Source: an uncultured Methylomirabilota bacterium | GTDB lineage: Bacteria; Methylomirabilota; Methylomirabilia; Methylomirabilales; 2-02-FULL-66-22 | DNA length: 64,000 bases | Direction of reading: 5' to 3' | NCBI GenBank assembly: GCA_963842855.1 | Contig: CAWJHW010000002.1 | Coordinates: 203,187 to 267,186, forward strand | In this document: piece after piece, positions 8,751 through 16,686 of the stretch | How the letters are laid out: the number at the start of each line of letters is the position of its first letter | How positions within the stretch are numbered: the stretch's first letter is position 1 | Position numbers and translations under genes: made by a program | Notes under the pieces: generated by a model | What the model was told of the DNA's origin: nothing | Databases searched by the model: none | What the model saw: the letters and a program-made list of their open reading frames with translations, nothing else

Positions 8751-10574
8751 ATGGATGCCCTGACGTTTCTGGCCGCCATTCAGGACGCGCGAAACGCGCT
8801 GCTTGCCGCGCGCGTGCAGAGCGTGCAGGCCGCCGGGACACTCGGGCTCTGGATCGAACTGGCGACCCCGGGCGGCCAGGAGACTCTCCTCCTCTCGGCA
8901 AACGATGCCTTCCCACGCGTTTCGCGTGGTGCGGGCCGGCCGGGAAAGGGTGGCCCGGTCTTGCCCCTCGCCGGTGCGGCGCGGCGGGCGCTATCTGGGG
9001 CCAGCCTCCAGGCGGTGATACATCGCGGACTCGATCGCATGGCTGTCCTGGAATTCGCCCCCCCTGAGCCTGCCGCTGGGATTGGATGCCTGCTGGTCGC
9101 CGAGTTGTTCGGACGCCAGCCCAACCTCGTCCTGGTTGAGCGGACGACGGGGCAAATCCTCGAGGCGGCGCGACACTTCCAAGACCCGGACGGGCGAATC
9201 ATAGCCCCGGGCCACACCTACGTGTCACCTCCGGCGCCAGCCCGTCCGGACCCCCGTATCCTGGGATCCGTCGAGGCAATCCGCGCGGCCCTGGAACCGA
9301 GCGTGGCCGCCGGCCTCGCCCTTCCCCTCGCCCTGCGCCAGAGCCTCGCCGGCCTCACGGACCTGTGGGCGCGGGAACTGGCGGCCCGCGCCGGCAACGG
9401 CACGCCAGGGGAGTTGGCGCGAGCCCTTGTGGATCTCCTCCGCGCCGTCGAGAACGGGCCGTGGGAACCGCGCCTGGTGCTGGACGCCGGCGGCCGGCCC
9501 ATTGCCGCCTCGCCCATCCGGCTGCGTCACATCCCGGCCGAGAGGCAGCAGCCGTGTTCCTCTCTGGGCGAGATGGCGGAGCGGCTGGCCAGGCACCTGA
9601 ACTCCCAGCGCGCCCTCGCGGCGCGGCAGACCATGTTGCGACAGGTCCTGCGACGGCTGGAGGTCCGGCTGCGAACCCGCCGGGCCAAGCTCGCCGCCGA
9701 GTCGCTGGAGTTCGGCCGCGCCGATCTCTTGCGCCGGATGGGCGAGATCCTGGTGGCCCACCAGGGCGACATCCCCCGGGGCGCCACCGAGGTGACCCTC
9801 CCGGACCACGCCGCAGGCGTGGCCGATGGACCCGAGGCCACCATCACGATCCCCGTGGATCCGGCGCTCTCGCCGGCAGCCAATGCCGAGCGACTCTTCA
9901 AGGCGGCGCGGCGAGGGAGGCGCGGCTCCGGCCGCGTGGCGGCGCGGTTGGCCGGCACAGAGGCAGAGCTGGGACGGGTTCACGCCTGGAGCAAGCGCGT
10001 GGCCGAGGCTTCCGGCCTGGAGACGCTGGAAGCCATCCGGCAGGAGATGGAGCAGACCCCTCGCCTCCTGGCGCCCAAGGACCGGGCGGCACTCGCCGGG
10101 GCCGGCACGGCGGAGAAGCCCCCTCCACGCACGCCGGGGAGGCGCGCTGGCCCACGCCCTTCCGGCGGCCGCCGAAAGGAAGGGCCGGCGCCGCGCCGGT
10201 TCGTTTCCTCGGATGGATTGCCGATCCTCGTCGGTCGGGACAACGAGGGGAACGACTATCTCACAGTCCACCTCGCCAAATCCCACGACCTCTGGCTGCA
10301 CGTGCAAGGACACGCCGGCTCGCACGTCGTGGTCCGGGTCCCGAACCGCACGGGCAACGTGCCCCGCCGCACCCTGGTCCAGGCGGCGCAACTGGCCGCG
10401 TACTACAGCCAGGCCCGCGACCACGGCAAGGTGGCCGTGGACTATACCCTGCGGAAGTACGTGCACAAGTCGAAGAAGGCCAAGCCCGGCCTCGTGACCA
10501 TCAGCCAGGAGAAGACGATCATCGTGTCCCCGGACAAGTCCCTCGTCCACAAACTAGCCACCCCGGAGGGCTAG
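8751..10574 (+). CDS. NFACT-family protein (FbpA/RqcH-like, NFACT-N plus NFACT-R/DUF814), predicted ribosome quality control factor
   Basis: N-terminal MDALTF...L.GARVQSV; C-terminal ILVGRDNEGNDYLT....DLWLHV.GHAGSHVVV....P...L..AA.LAAYYS. Confidence 0.8.
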   Translation: MDALTFLAAIQDARNALLAARVQSVQAAGTLGLWIELATPGGQETLLLSANDAFPRVSRGAGRPGKGGPVLPLAGAARRALSGASLQAVIHRGLDRMAVLEFAPPEPAAGIGCLLVAELFGRQPNLVLVERTTGQILEAARHFQDPDGRIIAPGHTYVSPPAPARPDPRILGSVEAIRAALEPSVAAGLALPLALRQSLAGLTDLWARELAARAGNGTPGELARALVDLLRAVENGPWEPRLVLDAGGRPIAASPIRLRHIPAERQQPCSSLGEMAERLARHLNSQRALAARQTMLRQVLRRLEVRLRTRRAKLAAESLEFGRADLLRRMGEILVAHQGDIPRGATEVTLPDHAAGVADGPEATITIPVDPALSPAANAERLFKAARRGRRGSGRVAARLAGTEAELGRVHAWSKRVAEASGLETLEAIRQEMEQTPRLLAPKDRAALAGAGTAEKPPPRTPGRRAGPRPSGGRRKEGPAPRRFVSSDGLPILVGRDNEGNDYLTVHLAKSHDLWLHVQGHAGSHVVVRVPNRTGNVPRRTLVQAAQLAAYYSQARDHGKVAVDYTLRKYVHKSKKAKPGLVTISQEKTIIVSPDKSLVHKLATPEG

Positions 10575-10585
10575 CGCCCCCCGGA

Positions 10586-10660
10586 TTTTTGATTGATGAT
10601 TGTGGATTGTTGATTGGCCCTCCGAAAAATCATCAATCGAAAATCACCAATCAACAATCG
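10586..10660. repeat. tandem-word hairpin element (TGATTGn / nCAATCA words)
   Basis: Left arm tttttgattgatgattgtggattgttgattgg, right arm aaaaatcatcaatcgaaaatcaccaatcaacaatcg. Ends 1 nt before the ppx start codon. Confidence 0.8.
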
Positions 10661-10661
10661 C

Positions 10662-11654
10662 ATGACGATGCGCGTCGCCGCCATTGACCTGGGCACCAAC
10701 ACCGTGCGCCTCCTGGTGGCCGAGCCGGACGGAGCCGGAGGCTACCGGCCCATCTTCGCCGCTCAGGAGATCACCCGGCTCGGCCAGGACCTCTTGCCCG
10801 ACCGGACGCTGCAGCCCGAGCCGATCCGCCGAACCCTGGTGGTCCTCCGCCGGTTCCGCCAGGCCGCGGAGGCCCATGCGGCCGGCCGGATCGTCGTGGT
10901 CGGAACGAGCCCCCTCCGGGAGGCGAAGAACCGCGACGCCTTCCTGATCCGCGCCCGCCGCGAGGCCGGACTCGACGTCCAGGTCATCTCGGGAGAGGAG
11001 GAGGCACGGCTCACCCTCCTGGGGGTGCGGGCGGCGCTCCGAATCGGCCGGGGGCACCTCGTCGCCATGGACATCGGGGGCGGAAGCACGGAATTCGTTC
11101 TCGCCGACGGGCCCAACATCATGGGGATGGTCAGCACCGGGTTGGGAGTGGTGAAGCTCACCGAGGCCCACCTGAAAAGCGATCCCCCGCGCCCGCACGA
11201 ACTGGCCGCGGTCCGCGAAACGGTCGCCGCCAGGATAGCGCGCCTCCGCACGCTGGAGTGGCCGGATGCCTTCCGGGACGCTCCGGCGCAGGGGGTGACC
11301 TTCGCCGGCACAGCGGGCACGCTAACGAGCCTCGCGGCCATTGACCTCGCGCTCGATCCGTACGATCCCGATAAGGTGAACGGGCACCGGCTGTCCCGCG
11401 AGCGGGTCGAGGCCCTCTGTCGGGAGCTGGCTGCCCAGCCCTCAGCCCAGCGGCGTAAGGTGCGTGGCTTGGAACCAGCGCGGGCTGACGTGATCGTGGC
11501 CGGGACGCTGGTGTGCCTCGGCGCCATGGACGGTCTGGGCTTCCCGGAACTCACGGTCAGCGATGGAGGCCTGCGCGAGGGCATTCTGCTGGATTTGCTG
11601 ACCCGTCCGGAGGCCCGCCTCCCTTCCGACAGGGCGCCGGACGGAGGCGGCTAA
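10662..11654 (+). CDS. Ppx/GppA-family exopolyphosphatase / guanosine pentaphosphate phosphohydrolase
   Basis: AAIDLGTNTVRLLVAE and DIGGGSTE ASKHA-fold motifs. Confidence 0.85.
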   Translation: MTMRVAAIDLGTNTVRLLVAEPDGAGGYRPIFAAQEITRLGQDLLPDRTLQPEPIRRTLVVLRRFRQAAEAHAAGRIVVVGTSPLREAKNRDAFLIRARREAGLDVQVISGEEEARLTLLGVRAALRIGRGHLVAMDIGGGSTEFVLADGPNIMGMVSTGLGVVKLTEAHLKSDPPRPHELAAVRETVAARIARLRTLEWPDAFRDAPAQGVTFAGTAGTLTSLAAIDLALDPYDPDKVNGHRLSRERVEALCRELAAQPSAQRRKVRGLEPARADVIVAGTLVCLGAMDGLGFPELTVSDGGLREGILLDLLTRPEARLPSDRAPDGGG

Positions 11655-11656
11655 AC

Positions 11657-11685
11657 TTGACAAAGGGAAGTCCTTTTGTTAAACA
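11657..11685 (+). promoter_or_regulatory. putative promoter of the HNH gene
   Basis: TTGACA, 17-nt spacer, TAAACA. Confidence 0.3.
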
Positions 11686-11721
11686 CAACAAACGAACCGT
11701 ACTGGACGACACCATTGCTCT

Positions 11722-12267
11722 ATGGACTCTGCTAAAGTACTGATCCTGAACCAGACCTTCGAGGCGCTGCATGTCTGCAGCGCCCGGAGGGCGGTGATCC
11801 TGCTTTTCATGGGAAAAGCCGAAAGGGTCGAAGACACGTCGCGGGTCATTCGCTCCCCCTCGACGATTCTCCTGCTTCCCTCGGTGATCCGCCTGCATCG
11901 CTTCGTGCGCAAGCCGGAGCAGCCCAGCATTGCCTTCAACAAGAAGAACATCCTCAAGCGGGACGCCCACACCTGCCAGTACTGCGGGCGGAACGGCGGC
12001 GAGCGCATGACCATTGACCATGTGATCCCCAAATCGCAGGGCGGCCGCACGGTGTGGGAGAACGTGGTGAGCGCCTGCCGAGCCTGCAACCTGAAGAAGG
12101 GGAACAAGCCCCTGGACGAGGCGGGGATGCGCCTTCTGCGCAGGCCGACGAAGCCCGTCTCGGCGTTCTACCTCGGGGTCCTGGCGCACGCGTCCTTGCG
12201 CTACGAGAGTTGGCGCAAGTACCTGCCGGTGGATGCGGACGGGCACGTGCTGACGAGTGCACGCTGA
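11722..12267 (+). CDS. HNH endonuclease-family protein
   Basis: CQYCG....T.DHV.P.S.GG...WEN.V.AC..CN..KG motif. Confidence 0.8.
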   Translation: MDSAKVLILNQTFEALHVCSARRAVILLFMGKAERVEDTSRVIRSPSTILLLPSVIRLHRFVRKPEQPSIAFNKKNILKRDAHTCQYCGRNGGERMTIDHVIPKSQGGRTVWENVVSACRACNLKKGNKPLDEAGMRLLRRPTKPVSAFYLGVLAHASLRYESWRKYLPVDADGHVLTSAR

Positions 12268-12280
12268 CAGGAGGTCCGCC

Positions 12281-12640
12281 ATGTGGACGGTGCGGGCATC
12301 GTTCGTCGTCGTGGTTTCATTGTTGGGCCTCGGGGCCCTGGCGTGGCCCCGCGCCCTGGAGGCCGCCCCGGCCGGGCAGGACGCCCTCCACGAGGTCATG
12401 CCAGGGGATAACTTGCACCTGATCGCCGGCTACTACTACGGCGACGCGCGCCAGTGGGAACGCATCTGGCAGGCCAACCGGGACCAGATTTCCAACCCGA
12501 ATCGGATCGAGCGCGGGAGCCTGCTTCACATTCCCGACGCCGTCCCCCCGGACGAATCCTACGCCGATTTCCTGTCCCGCGCCGGCCGGACCGTCCCACC
12601 CGTCGGCGCACCGACGGGTCCGCCGGCCAAGCAGCCCTGA
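12281..12640 (+). CDS. secreted LysM-domain protein
   Basis: AGGAGG RBS, signal peptide, and a LysM core ([30 protein letters not shown]...I.P). Confidence 0.7.
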   Translation: MWTVRASFVVVVSLLGLGALAWPRALEAAPAGQDALHEVMPGDNLHLIAGYYYGDARQWERIWQANRDQISNPNRIERGSLLHIPDAVPPDESYADFLSRAGRTVPPVGAPTGPPAKQP

Positions 12641-12738
12641 GCGCCGGGGAGAAAACGCACGGACCGGAGCCCGCGAGCGGCCCGCCTGGCGGTTGCGCCG
12701 GGGCCTCCCCGCCGAGCGGCCTGGCCCCGACGGAACCC

Positions 12739-14742
12739 ATGGCTCGATTCAAGCTCGTTTGCGACTACCAGCCACGGGGCGACCAGCCCCGGGCCATCGC
12801 CCAGCTCACCGAGGGCGTGCTGCGCGGAGAGCGGCACCAGGTTCTCCTGGGGGTCACCGGGTCCGGCAAGACCTTCACCATGGCGAACGTCATCGCCAAC
12901 GTGGAGCGCCCGACCCTGATCATCGCCCACAACAAGACGCTGGCGGCGCAACTGTACAACGAGTTCAAGCAGTTCTTCCCCGAAAACGCCACCGAGTACT
13001 TCGTCTCCTACTACGACTACTACCAACCTGAGGCGTACATCCCCCAGACCGACACCTACATCGAGAAAGACTCCCTGATCAACGACCACATCGACAAGCT
13101 CCGCCACTCCGCCACCCGCAGCCTCCTGGAGCGGCGCGACAGCATCATCATCGCATCCGTCTCGTGCATTTACGGCCTGGGATCGCCCGAGGTGTATTAC
13201 GGCATGGTGCTTCTCCTGGAAGAGGGAGGGTCGTGCCCCCGGGATCACATGCTGCGCAAGTTGGTGGAGATCCAGTACCAGCGCAACGACCTCGACCTCC
13301 ACCGGGGGACCTTCCGGGCCCGCGGGGACGTGGTGGAGATCTTCCCGGCTTACGACGACACCGCCGTCCGGGTGGACCTGTTCGGCGACGAGGTGGAAAC
13401 GCTCTGGCAGATCGATCCGCTCACGGGCGAGAAGCTGACGCGTCTGCACCGGGTCCCCATCTATCCCGCCAACCACTACGTCACCCCCGAGGACATGCGG
13501 GAGCGCGCCTTCGCCGGCATCGAGGCGGAGCTGGAAGAGCGGTGTCGCGATCTGGAGGGTGAGCGCAAGCTCCTGGAGGCCCAGCGCCTGCGCCAGCGGA
13601 CGCGCTTCGACCTGGAGATGATGCACGAGATCGGGACGTGCAAGGGGATCGAGAACTACTCCCGGCACCTGTCCGGCCGGGCCCCCGGCGAGCCGCCCCC
13701 GACCCTGATGGACTACCTTCCCCGCGACGCCCTGGTCATCATCGACGAGTCCCACCAGACCGTCCCGCAGGTCCGCGGCATGTACCGCGGCGACCGGTCC
13801 CGCAAGGGGACCCTGGTGGAGTACGGCTTCCGCCTGCCTTCGGCCCTGGACAACCGGCCGCTCACGTTCGAAGAGTTCGAGCGGTGCGTGACCCAGGTCC
13901 TCTACGTCTCCGCCACCCCGGGCCCCTACGAGATGGGCAAGGTCGAGGGGCGCGTGGCGGAGCAGATCATCCGGCCGACCGGCCTGATCGATCCCGAGAT
14001 CGTGGTCCGGCCCATCGCCGGCCAGATCGACGACCTCATCCACGAGATCCGCGAGCGGGCGAAGCGCGACCACCGGATCCTGGTGACGACCCTGACGAAG
14101 CGCATGGCGGAGGAACTCACCGACTACCTGTCGGAGGTGGGAATCCGGGTGCGCTACCTCCACTCCGACATCGACACCCTGCAGCGGAACGAGATCATCC
14201 GGGACCTGCGCCTCAAGAAGTTCGACGTCCTGGTGGGGATCAACCTCCTGCGCGAGGGATTGGACATCCCCGAGGTGTCCCTGGTGGCCATCCTGGATGC
14301 CGACAAGGAGGGGTTCCTGCGGTCGGCCGGCTCCCTGATTCAGACGGCGGGCCGCGCCGCGCGGAACGTCGAAGGCCAGGTCATCCTGTACGCCGACGTC
14401 ATGACCAACTCCATGCGGGAGGCGCTCGCCGAGACCGCCCGCCGGCGGCAGCTCCAGCTGGCCTACAACCAGGAGCACGGCATCACCCCCGAGACGATCA
14501 AGAAGGACATCCAGGACGTCCTGGCGAGCATCTACGAGCGCGACTACTACACCGTCCCGGCCCTGAAGGACGAGGACATCCAGTTCATCCCGCGGGAGGA
14601 GATCCCGGCGCTCATGGCCCAGCTCGACAAGGAGATGCGCGCGGCGGCCAAGCGGCTGGAGTTCGAGAAGGCCGCGGAGCTCCGGGACAAGATCGCCGAA
14701 CTGGAGAAGCGCCGTCTGGGGATCGTGGGCAGCCAGCCATGA
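12739..14742 (+). CDS. uvrB: excinuclease ABC subunit B
   Basis: [41 protein letters not shown] and the UVR domain at the C-terminus. The upstream part of ORF 12454.. is not coding. Confidence 0.97.
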   Translation: MARFKLVCDYQPRGDQPRAIAQLTEGVLRGERHQVLLGVTGSGKTFTMANVIANVERPTLIIAHNKTLAAQLYNEFKQFFPENATEYFVSYYDYYQPEAYIPQTDTYIEKDSLINDHIDKLRHSATRSLLERRDSIIIASVSCIYGLGSPEVYYGMVLLLEEGGSCPRDHMLRKLVEIQYQRNDLDLHRGTFRARGDVVEIFPAYDDTAVRVDLFGDEVETLWQIDPLTGEKLTRLHRVPIYPANHYVTPEDMRERAFAGIEAELEERCRDLEGERKLLEAQRLRQRTRFDLEMMHEIGTCKGIENYSRHLSGRAPGEPPPTLMDYLPRDALVIIDESHQTVPQVRGMYRGDRSRKGTLVEYGFRLPSALDNRPLTFEEFERCVTQVLYVSATPGPYEMGKVEGRVAEQIIRPTGLIDPEIVVRPIAGQIDDLIHEIRERAKRDHRILVTTLTKRMAEELTDYLSEVGIRVRYLHSDIDTLQRNEIIRDLRLKKFDVLVGINLLREGLDIPEVSLVAILDADKEGFLRSAGSLIQTAGRAARNVEGQVILYADVMTNSMREALAETARRRQLQLAYNQEHGITPETIKKDIQDVLASIYERDYYTVPALKDEDIQFIPREEIPALMAQLDKEMRAAAKRLEFEKAAELRDKIAELEKRRLGIVGSQP

Positions 14743-16136
14743 AGATACGCGATCCGTGGGCCGCGATACGTGGCAGGCTTCGCATGCTCCGCGACTCCTT
14801 CCGCTACACGCGACACGTTTCACGTTTCACGTGCGTGTTCCTGGCCGCGGCTCTGGGGGCGCTCCTGCCGCCGGTTGCGAGCGCGCAGGCGCCGACCGCC
14901 AGCCTCACCCCGGACAAGGGGCCGACCGTCGGGGGCACGAGGGTGCTCATCGAGATCGACGAGGGCTTGACGCTGGGTTCCGTCCGGGTCGAGTTCGGCG
15001 GTCGGCCCGTCCGCGTGGTCCGCGGCCTCGGCCTCTCGATCGTGGAGGTGATCACCCCGCCAGGAAATCCCGGACCGATTCCCGTCCGCGTGACGTACGG
15101 ACTCTTGATGAAGACTGCGGCCTCGGCCGTCTTCACGTACGTGTCCCCGGCCCCACGCCTGGCCCGACTGGACCCGTCCACGGTCCAGGCCGGATCGGCC
15201 GAGCTCCCCCTCTCGGTGGAGGGCGAAGATTTCACGCCGACTTGCAGCCTGCGCGTCGGAGACACCCTGGTGCCCGCCACGGTCCTGAGCCCGCAGCGCC
15301 TGCAGGTCCGCATCCCGGCCCCCCTCCTGGCCAGAGCCGGTAGCCTGGAGGTGCGGCTGACCGACTCCGCCATGGGGGGCGGCGCGTCCAACGTCATGCC
15401 CCTCGCCGTGGTCAATCCCCCACCCCAGTTGACGGCCGTGGAGGCGCCGCCGCTCAGGGTGGGCGGGCCTGCTGCTGGACCGGTCACGCTGACCGCGCGC
15501 GGCCGCGCATTCCGCCCGGAATCCGTCATCCAGCTCGCAGGCGCCGCCGCAGCAACGCAGTACCGCTCGGACCAGGAGTTGACGGCCGTCATCCCGCCGG
15601 AGCTGCTGGCCAAGCCGGGGGAATTGCCGGTCGTCGTGGTGACCCCCGGCCCCGGCGGGGGGACATCCCGGTCCCTGAGCCTTTCGGTCGTGGCCCCGTT
15701 TCCGGGCCGCTTTCTGGTCTTCACGTCCAACCGACAGGGCGGCCGGAACCACATCTACCTCTTGGACCGTCAGACCGGGCATCTGGACCCGTTGGAGGAA
15801 GCCAACAGCAGCCACGGCACCGACGACTCTCCCTCCATCACCGCCGACGGCCGCCTCATCGTGTTCCAGTCGGACCGCCGCGACGGTCAGTTCCACATCT
15901 TTCTCTTCGATCGGGAAACCCGCCGCCTGGATCCGCTGTCGGAGCTGAATCACCCCACTGCCTTCGACGGTTTCCCGCACATCAGTCCCGACGGCCGCTT
16001 CATTGTGTTCGAATCGGATCGCCTGAACGGGCGACCGAAGATCTTTCTGTTCGATCGGCAGACGCAGAGGCTCTCGGAGCTCCACCAGGCGAACGAGGCC
16101 ACGGCCGACGACGGCCTCGCAGCCATCAGCAACTGA
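14739..16136 (+). CDS. secreted protein with IPT/TIG-like repeats and a TolB-like (PD40) beta-propeller
   Basis: Signal peptide, then repeated P.I..L.P....AG...L.V.G..F modules, then four repeats of DG..IVF.S.R......I.L.D. The ATG overlaps the uvrB stop (ATGA); ATG 14784 is an alternative start. Confidence 0.7.
   Translation: MKIRDPWAAIRGRLRMLRDSFRYTRHVSRFTCVFLAAALGALLPPVASAQAPTASLTPDKGPTVGGTRVLIEIDEGLTLGSVRVEFGGRPVRVVRGLGLSIVEVITPPGNPGPIPVRVTYGLLMKTAASAVFTYVSPAPRLARLDPSTVQAGSAELPLSVEGEDFTPTCSLRVGDTLVPATVLSPQRLQVRIPAPLLARAGSLEVRLTDSAMGGGASNVMPLAVVNPPPQLTAVEAPPLRVGGPAAGPVTLTARGRAFRPESVIQLAGAAAATQYRSDQELTAVIPPELLAKPGELPVVVVTPGPGGGTSRSLSLSVVAPFPGRFLVFTSNRQGGRNHIYLLDRQTGHLDPLEEANSSHGTDDSPSITADGRLIVFQSDRRDGQFHIFLFDRETRRLDPLSELNHPTAFDGFPHISPDGRFIVFESDRLNGRPKIFLFDRQTQRLSELHQANEATADDGLAAISN
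14811..14838. repeat. short tandem-word element (CACGTTT words)
   Basis: cacgttt cacgttt cacgtgc within the first 35 codons of the IPT/PD40 ORF. Confidence 0.5.
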
Positions 16137-16341
16137 CGGAGGAACAGCCTATCCGCGCAGCACGGAGATTCGCCCGCAGCAGGCCGGCACCGGGCCCCGC
16201 AGGGGGATCCGGGCTCTCCGATCCCGGCCAGCGGGTGGCATCACGCCCGACGCCGGACAAGCCCTTGGCGGGCGGCGGGTGCGACAGTCGTGGCGGGAAT
16301 GACACCAGGGGCTCGGGGACCTTACCAGGGGGGAGGAAACC

Positions 16342-16542
16342 ATGAAGGGCAAGGTGAAGTGGTTCAACGTGACGAAGCGCTTCGGGTTCATCGTGCGGGA
16401 TGACAAGGGTCCGGATGCCTTCGTTCATGCCAGCGACGTGGAAGGCGGGCGGACCCTGCGAGAGGGCGAAACCGTCGAGTTTGAGCTGGGTCAGGACGAC
16501 CGCGGCCGGCCCAAGGCGATCCAGGTCCGGGTCGTCGCCTAG
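16342..16542 (+). CDS. cold-shock protein (CspA family)
   Basis: KGKVKWFN..KRFGFI and DAFVH RNP motifs, 66 aa, GGAGG RBS. About 200 nt of untranslated sequence lies upstream. Confidence 0.95.
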   Translation: MKGKVKWFNVTKRFGFIVRDDKGPDAFVHASDVEGGRTLREGETVEFELGQDDRGRPKAIQVRVVA

Positions 16543-16686
16543 CCCATAGATCAGGCAGTTCATCCGCGCTCCTCCGGACGGCCGCCGGCGGGATGCCGGC
16601 GCTGTCCGGCGGGACGGGAGCCGCATCACGGCAGGCCCTGCTGCATCCGGTGGGAGGCGAAGGCCCCGGCCGCCATCCCGCCAGGC

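Noticed and set aside
13638-14738. The N-terminal 367 codons of ORF 13638-16136, and likewise the 61647-63521 ORF upstream of 62882.
   Set aside because: These extensions overlap uvrB and the PPIase gene respectively in another frame and have shadow-frame composition. The real starts are 14739 (or 14784) and 62882.
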